Positions 20,546 to 27,951 are shown, counted from the first letter of the stretch. The stretch is DNA of 64,000 nt from an uncultured Gammaproteobacteria bacterium (GCA_963711255.1 CAVQDO010000023.1:139933-203932), one strand, 5' to 3'. Notes: a model not told the origin generated them from the sequence alone. Program-made: numbers and translations.

Positions 20546-21008
20546 GGTTGAGGATAAGCCGGAGAAAAAAATCACTAAAAAGTCTACAGTGACTAAAAAG
20601 AGTGCGGCTAAAAAAACAGTAGCAAAGAAAATAGCGAATAAACCAGTTGCGCCTGTAAAAAAAGCGCCTAAGAACGAGGTCCTTAAAAAAGCGGTTTCTG
20701 ATATTGAAGCGCCTGTAACGGCGGCACCTGAAAAAGCTGCTTCAGAAAAAGTCGTTCCAGAACAAGTAGTTCCAGAACAAGCTGCTCCGGAAAAAGTCGT
20801 TCCGGAAAAAGCTGCACCTGAGCAGAAAATGGTTGCCCAAAAGCCGGTTACTGTAAAGAAAGTGGCTAAGAAAAAGTCTACCACTAAAGTGGCGACTCAG
20901 GCAGCAGCTAAGCCGACGACGGTTAAAAAGATTGCTGTTAAGAAAGCACCATCGAAAAAATCACCACCAGCTGGTCGTCGCGGTATTCGATTGAAGGACG
21001 ATGGTTAA
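20442..21008 (+). CDS. Lys/Ala/Pro-rich low-complexity ORF (histone H1/TolA/TonB-spacer-like composition); start unresolved, possibly a frame-shifted continuation of the RND gene
   Basis: The frame is open from a TTG at 20442 inside the RND gene. There is no ATG or GTG near the RND stop, and the first in-frame ATG is at ~20829. The sequence reads KKSTVTKKSAAKKTVAKKIANKPVAPVKKAPK, then PEKAASEKVVPEQVVPEQAAPEKVVPEKAAPEQK. The next gene follows after 20 nt. Confidence 0.45.
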   Translation: MVLIQNRLHRPHQHRQHQRHRLRPPPAPPASPASEVEDKPEKKITKKSTVTKKSAAKKTVAKKIANKPVAPVKKAPKNEVLKKAVSDIEAPVTAAPEKAASEKVVPEQVVPEQAAPEKVVPEKAAPEQKMVAQKPVTVKKVAKKKSTTKVATQAAAKPTTVKKIAVKKAPSKKSPPAGRRGIRLKDDG

Positions 21009-21028
21009 ACCTAATAAGAGGTGTAATT

Positions 21029-21628
21029 ATGTTTTGTAACACTGGTATTGATTACGTCATAAAAGTGGCTGTAGCCGTTCTGTTGTCTCAATCATTGCTT
21101 GTATATGCAAAAGATCAGGCTATAAATGCCTCTGAACCAGTAGTGAACGCAGCACCTGAATCTAGCATTAAAGCCCGACAGCAAGTACGTGGCTTACCTC
21201 GGTGGCCTGAGCATCGGCGGTCACGCATGATGGCAGAGATGCCGCCACCACCACCATCAGGTCCTTATATGTCCTCAGCATTAAGTGGTTCTTCTATTGA
21301 AGGACTGTCATTTGATGATGATAAATCTGCAATGAAATTTGAACCTCCCGCTCAGCGGATGGAAGCATTTGGTCCAGATACTCCCTGGCCAGGTAACTCA
21401 AATTCACTTAATCGATGGGTGCCTGAAAAAGGCTATAACTATGTGCAGCCGGTTGTAAAAAAACAACCATACCCGGGTGTGCGATATGATTTTCCGGTAA
21501 ATTATACTGACGGGTATAACCGAGGTCCGGGTATGAACATGCCTGGTATGAGAGGATCTTATGTGCAAAGGCCTAACACTGCTCCACCGGGGTATAGTCG
21601 GGGATATAATGCCCCCGCACAGAGGTGA
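21029..21628 (+). CDS. Secreted Pro/Gly/Tyr/Asn/Met-rich hypothetical protein
   Basis: 199 aa with a signal-like N-terminus (VIKVAVAVLLSQSLLVYA) and an RBS agaggtg. Low-complexity C-terminal half (GYNRGPGMNMPGMRGSYVQRPNTAPPGYSRGYNAPAQR). Confidence 0.6.
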   Translation: MFCNTGIDYVIKVAVAVLLSQSLLVYAKDQAINASEPVVNAAPESSIKARQQVRGLPRWPEHRRSRMMAEMPPPPPSGPYMSSALSGSSIEGLSFDDDKSAMKFEPPAQRMEAFGPDTPWPGNSNSLNRWVPEKGYNYVQPVVKKQPYPGVRYDFPVNYTDGYNRGPGMNMPGMRGSYVQRPNTAPPGYSRGYNAPAQR

Positions 21629-21791
21629 ACCGGTGTTTATCCTTGCTAAGTTGATGATGGGAGCGATGTCTTCTGACAGAAACTGTACATAGAGGAACAC
21701 GACCAAATTTATAGATATTTAAAGCTGATAACTGTGCGATTTGGTAAAATGCATTGTCTGAGTATGTAATCGATTTTTCAGGATATGCTTA

Positions 21792-22565
21792 ATGCTGTTT
21801 CGGGTAATAAACAATATATTAACTTCAAGCCTGGTATATGGCTTTCTGATGCTTATGACTACAACTGCGCTGGCAGACAGTGAAGACTTTCAATTTTCCA
21901 GGCAGTTGGTAGCGGAGCAATCAAACCCATGGGCATTGCCTCAGGTTAAGGAAAAGAAACCTGGGTATAGGGGGGGGTATAACCAAAATAACCAGGCAGA
22001 TTCCAACCATGGTCAATATAGCGACACCCCATACCAGGGACGCCAGTATCAAAACCGTAACGGTGCAGGCCAAAGCCAGCGGAATAATTATTGGCAGCCC
22101 CGGGTGGATCGCTTTGTTACCCCGGAATTTCTAGAATCTTTGAAGCAGCAGCAAAAAATGCAACAGATTATGCCGGAAAATCGACAGAATCGTGAATATG
22201 AATATGGTCCACAAGGATCAATGCAGCGATCGCCAGAAGCAAGATTGCCAGGACTGAATGGCTCTGGTTATTCCATGTACGGCCCGTCATATGGAAAAGG
22301 TTCTGTCAATCCGCTGTACGATACCCCTGCTGCATCACCCTGGGGTGGTGGTGCCGATGTCTTGTACCAGGGAGAGTCGTTTCCGCTGGTTCCCAGTGAA
22401 GCGATAGGCGGGTTTGCACCAATGCATGTGCCTTCATTTGGTATCCAGCGCTACCCGGATAATTATTTTAATGAAACAAACGAAACAGATGTAGAACGAA
22501 TCAAAAAACCTAAAGAGAACAATGTCTTCAATCCATTTACGTTTTTGCCGGATGCTGGTTTGTAA
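21792..22565 (+). CDS. Secreted Gln/Asn/Gly/Tyr/Pro-rich hypothetical protein
   Basis: 257 aa with a signal-like N-terminus (LVYGFLMLMTTTALA/DS). Biased composition (PGYRGGYNQNNQADSNHGQYSDTPYQGRQYQNRNGAGQSQRNNYW). Confidence 0.6.
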   Translation: MLFRVINNILTSSLVYGFLMLMTTTALADSEDFQFSRQLVAEQSNPWALPQVKEKKPGYRGGYNQNNQADSNHGQYSDTPYQGRQYQNRNGAGQSQRNNYWQPRVDRFVTPEFLESLKQQQKMQQIMPENRQNREYEYGPQGSMQRSPEARLPGLNGSGYSMYGPSYGKGSVNPLYDTPAASPWGGGADVLYQGESFPLVPSEAIGGFAPMHVPSFGIQRYPDNYFNETNETDVERIKKPKENNVFNPFTFLPDAGL

Positions 22566-22713
22566 TTGCATTAAGCCATAGCGTCTATAGGTCAAAAAGC
22601 GTATAGTATGTAGTTGATAGATGTTATTTTAGATGACTAGATAGTTATCTGGTATTGAGTTACTCCCTCGATTCAGTACCAAAATTAACGAGGGTAGTAA
22701 TAGAGGTATTAAT

Positions 22714-23145
22714 ATGAAATCAGTGATAAAAATGGCTGTTTTAACTGCAGCATTAGGCTTTGCCTTAGCGCCTTTATCTGCAGCTGCAGACTTTGATATG
22801 CCATGGGACAATAACAATAACAGCAGCAATAACTGGAACAACAATAACCGATGGAACAATGATGGTTATGGATCAGGTTATGGTGATGGTTATGGTGATG
22901 GTTCTGGTGATATGGATGGCAGCTTTAACTTTGGTATGAGTGGTAAAGGAAGCGGCCGTGGTCGTGGTGATGCTCGTAACCAGTACTACGGTAACGGTAG
23001 TAACAACTGGGATAATCGTTGGGATAATAATAGCGGTTATTATAATAACCGCGGCTATGGACGTCCATATTATGGTCCAGGCCCAGGTTACGGCCCAGGT
23101 CCATATGCACAGCCACCTGCGCCACAGGCTGCACCTGCACAATAA
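22714..23145 (+). CDS. Small secreted Gly/Asn/Tyr/Trp-rich protein (structural or sulfur-globule-protein-like composition)
   Basis: 143 aa with a Sec signal MKSVIKMAVLTAALGFALAPLSAAA. By hand count the 118-aa mature part has 25 Gly, 22 Asn, 12 Tyr and 5 Trp. A strong terminator directly follows the stop. Confidence 0.7.
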   Translation: MKSVIKMAVLTAALGFALAPLSAAADFDMPWDNNNNSSNNWNNNNRWNNDGYGSGYGDGYGDGSGDMDGSFNFGMSGKGSGRGRGDARNQYYGNGSNNWDNRWDNNSGYYNNRGYGRPYYGPGPGYGPGPYAQPPAPQAAPAQ

Positions 23146-23163
23146 GCGGCGTTTAGTATAATG

Positions 23164-23192
23164 ACGGTGTCGCTCTGACACCGTTTTTTTTT
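23164..23192 (+). terminator. Rho-independent terminator after the Gly/Asn/Tyr-rich gene
   Basis: acggtgtc (23164-23171) and gacaccgt (23177-23184) form a perfect 8-bp stem with a 5-nt loop. A run of 9 T follows (23184-23192). Confidence 0.8.
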
Positions 23193-23203
23193 AATTGGTC
23201 GTC

Positions 23204-24004
23204 ATGAAAAAAATATACATCCTTATTGCATTAATTTATTCAGTTTATGCCGTGCCTTTGTGTGCAGCATCTTTTACAGCTGATGCTGTGCAAATACGTG
23301 GTGAAAGCGTCAGCCAGGCAAAAATGTACTGGCGTGATGGGAATGTGCGTTTTGAATACATCGAGGATGATGTAAAAATGGCGCAAATTTTTGATAACAG
23401 TAATAATAAAATTATCTGGTTAGATAATGAGAATAAATTGTATCTGGAAAAGGAAATGCCAGAGAGTGAAAAAGTCATTGCAGGTAGTAAATCGAAAAAA
23501 GGATCTACAAAACAAACAGATCCCTGCGGGCAGTTTGCTGGTGCCGAATGTGTTTTTCTAAAGAAAACAGAGATTAATGGCCGCGCTGCGGAAAAATGGT
23601 TGATTACACTAAATAGTAATGGACGAGATTTTCACGTTTTTCAGTGGATTGATTCTAAATATAAAAATATACTCAGACAGGAAAATTCTGATGGCTCCGG
23701 ACTGGAGGTAACACTGCTGGATAAGCAGGAGATAAATAACCGCAAGGTCAGAAAGCTGGCTATAGTTGCCTTTAGTGCCAGCGGCGAGCAGCAGAAGGGA
23801 ACGCAGTGGTATGATAATGAGCTGGATATTGTTGTCAGGCAGGAGTATCAGGATGACGTTATAGATGAGCTGCGCAATATTAAAGTTGGTAAAGTGAGCA
23901 AAAAGCTATTTACTGTACCTGAGGATTACGCATTATTTGATAGTACGATATATACCGAGCCAGTGGATGATGCGGCCGAGCTGGCAAGTAAGGATGCAGA
24001 ATAG
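23204..24004 (+). CDS. Exported hypothetical protein
   Basis: ORF with a signal-like N-terminus MKKIYILIALIYSVYAVPLCAASFTADA. I prefer the ATG at 23204 because the track start (TTG 23195) abuts the terminator T-run. I recognised no family motif. Confidence 0.65.
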   Translation: MKKIYILIALIYSVYAVPLCAASFTADAVQIRGESVSQAKMYWRDGNVRFEYIEDDVKMAQIFDNSNNKIIWLDNENKLYLEKEMPESEKVIAGSKSKKGSTKQTDPCGQFAGAECVFLKKTEINGRAAEKWLITLNSNGRDFHVFQWIDSKYKNILRQENSDGSGLEVTLLDKQEINNRKVRKLAIVAFSASGEQQKGTQWYDNELDIVVRQEYQDDVIDELRNIKVGKVSKKLFTVPEDYALFDSTIYTEPVDDAAELASKDAE

Positions 24005-24095
24005 AATTAATTAGTCAGCTGTTTGATTTAGATCATCAAGCAGTGACCTTGATAGCAATTACAATCATTGAATTAACATTGTCGGGCAATCGTTT

Positions 24096-24722
24096 ATGTT
24101 GACAGTCGTAGGGAATTTGAAAGGGGGTACTGGCAAAAGTACCGTGGCATTTAATCTTGCTGTATGGCTGGCGCATGATAAGACTGGCGTTAGAGCGTTT
24201 GACCTTGACCCGCAATGTACATTAGTTGATGTTTGTGAGGTTCGTGAAGAAGATGGTTACGAGCCGATGTTTGATGTTTCAACAGATGTAAACGAACTTG
24301 AAGAGCTCGCGTCTGATAAAAAGAACAGGCAGCCGATTATTGTTGATATGAGCGCCAGTAATATGCCGGCCATGGAAAAGGCAATATCACTAGCGAACCG
24401 GATTTTAATTCCGGTGCAGCCCAGTCAGGCGGATATCTGGTCGACGCAACGATTTTTAAAAATCATTGCCAACAGCTTAAATGGCAATACGCCTGAAGTT
24501 CTGGGTTTTATTAATCGAGCAGATACCCATATCGGTGTTCGTGAGACGGATGAGGCGGAGCAGGCGCTACAGATGTTGCAGGGAATTAAAGCAATGGATA
24601 TTCGTCTATATCAACGTACTGCTTACCGCCGTTCGTTTAGTGAAGGATTGGGTGTGTTTGAGCTGGACCCCATGGGGAAAGCTTCAAAAGAAATGAAAAT
24701 GCTGGCTACAATGCTGGATTAA
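24096..24722 (+). CDS. ParA/MinD-family (deviant Walker A) ATPase, short orphan type
   Basis: 208 aa with VVGNLKGGTGKSTVAFNLA (KGGxxGK[ST]). No parB or plasmid/partition context. Confidence 0.85.
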   Translation: MLTVVGNLKGGTGKSTVAFNLAVWLAHDKTGVRAFDLDPQCTLVDVCEVREEDGYEPMFDVSTDVNELEELASDKKNRQPIIVDMSASNMPAMEKAISLANRILIPVQPSQADIWSTQRFLKIIANSLNGNTPEVLGFINRADTHIGVRETDEAEQALQMLQGIKAMDIRLYQRTAYRRSFSEGLGVFELDPMGKASKEMKMLATMLD

Positions 24723-24806
24723 AACTGCATAGCAGAGTTTCATTACTGGCATGCTGCCAGTGTGGGAAGTGTTGTGTTTTAATATTATGGTATTTGAGGG
24801 AATGAG

Positions 24807-26120
24807 ATGAAAATTATTCGTTGGTTGCTAAGTCATACTATTCTTATCCTGTTAATAATCGCGGTTATTTATGGCTATATGTTCTGGGGAAACCTTGCTG
24901 GTGAAGACACGCCAGCAGGTAAAGCGCTTGCCTACCTTTCGAATGAATTTGTAGAAGTTGAAGAGTTTATAGCATCAGTCAAAGAGAAGCAGGCCGAGCG
25001 TAATCAGGACGATTCTATGGCTAGCGCGTCCGAAGCTGAGCAGCAAGCCGATATTGGCAGCGATACCGGGGGAGATGCCGGCGAAGATGTTGCCAGCGTT
25101 GTAGCTGCTGAAGAAGACCAGGCTGCAACGACAGGGATTGCTAATACAACGCTTGCCAGCACAGCGGCTGATTCGACAAATGGCAGCGAGCTGCAACAAC
25201 AGCCGGTCAATATTAGTTATAGCCATAATGACAGGCCGGTAACACAGAATTCGTCGGCTATTAGCGAAGCCGGGTCAATGCAGCAGGGTAAAGCCTCAGC
25301 TGCAGCAGCGACAGCCTTAACATCTGCCACATCAGAAAGTAGTATGAAAAGCAATGCTGGACAGAGCAAGGCTGTGCAGAGCAATGCTGAGATGAGTAAT
25401 GCCGAGCAGGGTAAAGCCTCAGCTGCAGTAGCGACAGCCTTAACATCTGCCACATCAGAAACTAGTATGAAAAGCAATGCTGGACAGAGCAAGGCTGTGC
25501 AGAGCAACGCTGAGATGAGTAATGCCGAGCAGGGTAAAGCCTCAGCTGCAGCAGCGACAGCCTTAACATCTGCCGCATCAGAAACTAGTATGAAGAACAA
25601 TGCTGGGCAGAGCAATGCTGAGATGAGTAATGCCGAGCAGGGAAATGCCGCGTCTGGGCGAGCTCCAGGTCCAGAAAAAACACAATCTGCACAGCTGCCG
25701 CCAAAGAAAGCCAGGCAGGCATCAGGAACCTTTGTTTCAGCGGAATTAGAGAAACAGCTTAATAAAGTTGATGAGAATGGTGTTCCCGTAAAGGCGTCGC
25801 TAGCTGAAAGTGAAGTCAGAGAAAGCTGGATTTTGGCGCGCAAATCGTTTTATCTGCGTAACTATAAGCTCTCAGAAAAAAGTTATCGCAATGTTATTGA
25901 AAATACCGACGATAATTATGATGCATACGGTGAGTTAGGAAATGTTTATTTTAACCAGGGAAAGAGGCGGGAAGCAGCAGCTGCTTACTATGAAGCCGCA
26001 GCTATCTTAGTGAGAAAAGGGCAGGTAAATCGCGCAAAAAGTTTGCTTGGTTTGTTGCGTAACCTGGATAAAACAAAAGCAGACGAATTGAAAAAATTAA
26101 TTGATTCGTCTTTATCTTAA
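24807..26120 (+). CDS. Bitopic membrane protein: N-terminal TM, acidic/Ser-Ala-Thr-Asn tandem repeats, C-terminal TPR-like domain
   Basis: 437 aa. TM segment WLLSHTILILLIIAVIYGYMFWG. About three copies of a 41-aa repeat (QGKASAAAATALTSATSESSMKSNAGQSKAVQSNAEMSNAE). TPR-like C-terminus (YGELGNVYFNQGKRREAAAAYYEAAAILVRKGQVNRA). Confidence 0.75.
   Translation: MKIIRWLLSHTILILLIIAVIYGYMFWGNLAGEDTPAGKALAYLSNEFVEVEEFIASVKEKQAERNQDDSMASASEAEQQADIGSDTGGDAGEDVASVVAAEEDQAATTGIANTTLASTAADSTNGSELQQQPVNISYSHNDRPVTQNSSAISEAGSMQQGKASAAAATALTSATSESSMKSNAGQSKAVQSNAEMSNAEQGKASAAVATALTSATSETSMKSNAGQSKAVQSNAEMSNAEQGKASAAAATALTSAASETSMKNNAGQSNAEMSNAEQGNAASGRAPGPEKTQSAQLPPKKARQASGTFVSAELEKQLNKVDENGVPVKASLAESEVRESWILARKSFYLRNYKLSEKSYRNVIENTDDNYDAYGELGNVYFNQGKRREAAAAYYEAAAILVRKGQVNRAKSLLGLLRNLDKTKADELKKLIDSSLS
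25284..25637 (+). repeat. In-frame tandem repeat, 123-bp unit, 2.9 copies
   Basis: Units start at 25284, 25407 and 25530. Units 1 and 2 differ at 3 of 123 nt by eye. Unit 3 carries a 15-nt deletion plus a few substitutions. Confidence 0.9.
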
Positions 26121-26150
26121 AAAGTTATAGATACAGTTAGGGGATTTTAT

Positions 26151-26741
26151 ATGTTTTATGCATTACGAAATTTATTCGCATTAGTTGGTTTTATTTCGAT
26201 TGTTGTTGCAATTTATGCAGCTGTAAAAATAGCACCAATGATGCAGGCTTTTGACGCGTTTGATGAGAAAGCCATCGATGTATACAGTGAGATGGTGACT
26301 AAAATCCTTGAAACGGGAAATACCGCTGAAGCAACAGTCTGGAAAGTTCAGGTTAACGAAGACCTGACCGCGAAAGATGTTGAAGAGACCATGAAGTTTG
26401 TCGCTAATGAGCACAACATCAAAAACGTGGGCGAGCTTCCGCTGTCTGGAGAGGTCGAAGCTATGTCGGGAGAGAAATCCCGTTTCTTTAAAATTTACAT
26501 GTTCTGTAATGCGTTAACAGCAGCACAGATGCTTGAGTACAGTGATGCTTATTCTGCTTATTTACCCTGCCGCGTCAGCATGGTTGAAGATAAAGAAGGC
26601 AAACTTTGGCTATACTCATTAAATATGGATGCCATGATTTATGGTGGTACACCTTTACCTGCAGATTTAAAAACAGAAGCTGAAGGTGTGAAGGAGATTA
26701 TCCTGGATATTATGAACAGGGGCGCTGAAGGCGATTTCTAA
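26151..26741 (+). CDS. Membrane-anchored DUF302-like protein
   Basis: 196 aa with an N-terminal TM (LFALVGFISIVVAIYAAVKI). The C-terminal part resembles DUF302 (FKIYMFCNALTAAQMLEYSDAYSAYLPCRVSMVEDKEGKLWLYSLN). Confidence 0.65.
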   Translation: MFYALRNLFALVGFISIVVAIYAAVKIAPMMQAFDAFDEKAIDVYSEMVTKILETGNTAEATVWKVQVNEDLTAKDVEETMKFVANEHNIKNVGELPLSGEVEAMSGEKSRFFKIYMFCNALTAAQMLEYSDAYSAYLPCRVSMVEDKEGKLWLYSLNMDAMIYGGTPLPADLKTEAEGVKEIILDIMNRGAEGDF

Positions 26742-26742
26742 G

Positions 26743-27951
26743 ATGACAACGAATAAAACGGTAGATGATAAATCTACTGACAAGCCGGATACCACTAAAG
26801 CTTCCACGGCTAAAAGTGACACAGCTGCTAAAAGTAAAAGCACTGCTAATAAAGCCAGTGAAACGACGGTTAAGAAAGAGTCGGCGACTGTCGCAGCTAA
26901 AAAAGATTCAGCTGCAGTAGCCGATAAGTCCGCAGCTAAAAAAGATTCAACTGCACAGAAAACTTCTGTGGCTAATGAAGATGTGATAAGCAAGACTACT
27001 GCCGCAACACAGAAGGCGGCTGCTTCAAAAGAATCTGATATGAAAGCGGCGGTGAAGAAGATTAGCGAACTGGATAAAATTGCCGCCGATAATGCGATTA
27101 AGTCAAAAAAAGGCGCCGAAGATTTAAAAGCACGTGCACATGAAGCCAGGTTACGCGCCCAGGAAAAGATACTTGAAAAGTCATACGTCAGTGATCCGCC
27201 AGAAGACCCGTTGGAACGTCTGGCTAATACCTTTGACAACAGTGCCAGGCGCTGGGAAATGGTGGTTTACCCGTCATTATTTGCCTTTGTACTGTTAGCA
27301 GGTTATGGCTTCTTCCTGATCTATCGACTAACGCATGATATTGCCGTATTGTCGCAATCCGTAACACATATGGCGGTTATTGTTTCTGATGCCATGCCGC
27401 GTATGACCAAGGATTTAAATTTGATGACCGGCAGTATTGATAATATGACGGGTAATATTGATGGTATGTCGACAGAAATCAGTTCGATGTCTGGCCAGAT
27501 GAACAGTCTGACGCCAATGAGTAAAAATATAAGTAGTATGACGCATAACATTGGCAGCATGAATCGTTCAGTATATGGCATGCAGCGTGATATCGGTGGC
27601 ATGAACCGTACCGTATCCAGTGGCCCGTTGGGTATGATGAACGATGTTATGCCGTTTAGTTCTTCATCGAATGTACCGCAACCTCTGGCACCATCGCCTG
27701 TGTGGCCGGCTTATAATCCAGCACCCTATAATTACGGGGCACCGAATATGCAAAACCAAAGGCAAAACCAGAGACCTGCGGCTAGAAGCACACCCAAGCC
27801 TGCTGCCAAGCCACAGCCTGTAGCAAAGCCAAAGGCTGTGGAAGAGGCAGAAGTAGCGTTAAAAAAAAAGCCGCTAAGTTCGTTGCCGCCACTCAATAGT
27901 AAACAGCTGTCTACCCCGCTAAAGAAATTTAGCAGTGAAGATTTGAAGTAA
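26743..27951 (+). CDS. Bitopic membrane protein with a Lys/Ala/Ser/Thr-rich N-half, Met-phased heptad repeats and a Pro-rich C-terminus
   Basis: 402 aa; the start is 1 nt after the upstream stop. TM segment WEMVVYPSLFAFVLLAGYGFFLIY. Ten heptads M-x3-(I/V/M/L)-x2: MTKDLNL MTGSIDN MTGNIDG MSTEISS MSGQMNS (LTP) MSKNISS MTHNIGS MNRSVYG MQRDIGG MNRTVSS. Confidence 0.7.
   Translation: MTTNKTVDDKSTDKPDTTKASTAKSDTAAKSKSTANKASETTVKKESATVAAKKDSAAVADKSAAKKDSTAQKTSVANEDVISKTTAATQKAAASKESDMKAAVKKISELDKIAADNAIKSKKGAEDLKARAHEARLRAQEKILEKSYVSDPPEDPLERLANTFDNSARRWEMVVYPSLFAFVLLAGYGFFLIYRLTHDIAVLSQSVTHMAVIVSDAMPRMTKDLNLMTGSIDNMTGNIDGMSTEISSMSGQMNSLTPMSKNISSMTHNIGSMNRSVYGMQRDIGGMNRTVSSGPLGMMNDVMPFSSSSNVPQPLAPSPVWPAYNPAPYNYGAPNMQNQRQNQRPAARSTPKPAAKPQPVAKPKAVEEAEVALKKKPLSSLPPLNSKQLSTPLKKFSSEDLK

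Noticed and set aside
20492-20884. 130-aa minus-strand ORF
   Set aside because: It is antisense to the Lys/Ala/Pro-rich ORF. The AAA/GCn-rich sense strand gives a stop-free Phe/Ala/Gly-rich antisense frame.
22873-23181. Three overlapping ORFs (22873-23181 -, 22925-23140 -, 22940-23161 +) over the Gly/Asn/Tyr-rich gene
   Set aside because: Repetitive GGT/AAT/TAT codons keep the alternative frames open. Only the 22714 frame has a signal peptide, an RBS and a terminator.
25284-25637. Possible CRISPR array
   Set aside because: The repeats are directly tandem with no spacers. They are 123 bp long and in frame within a CDS, so this is not a CRISPR array.
25217-25843. 208-aa minus-strand ORF (and 25261-25455)
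   Set aside because: It is antisense to the tandem-repeat region of the TM-repeat-TPR gene. Its own repeats simply mirror the sense-strand repeats.
26667-27239. 190-aa minus-strand ORF
   Set aside because: It is antisense to the Lys/Ala/Ser-rich N-terminal half of the Met-heptad protein gene. This is a low-complexity shadow frame.
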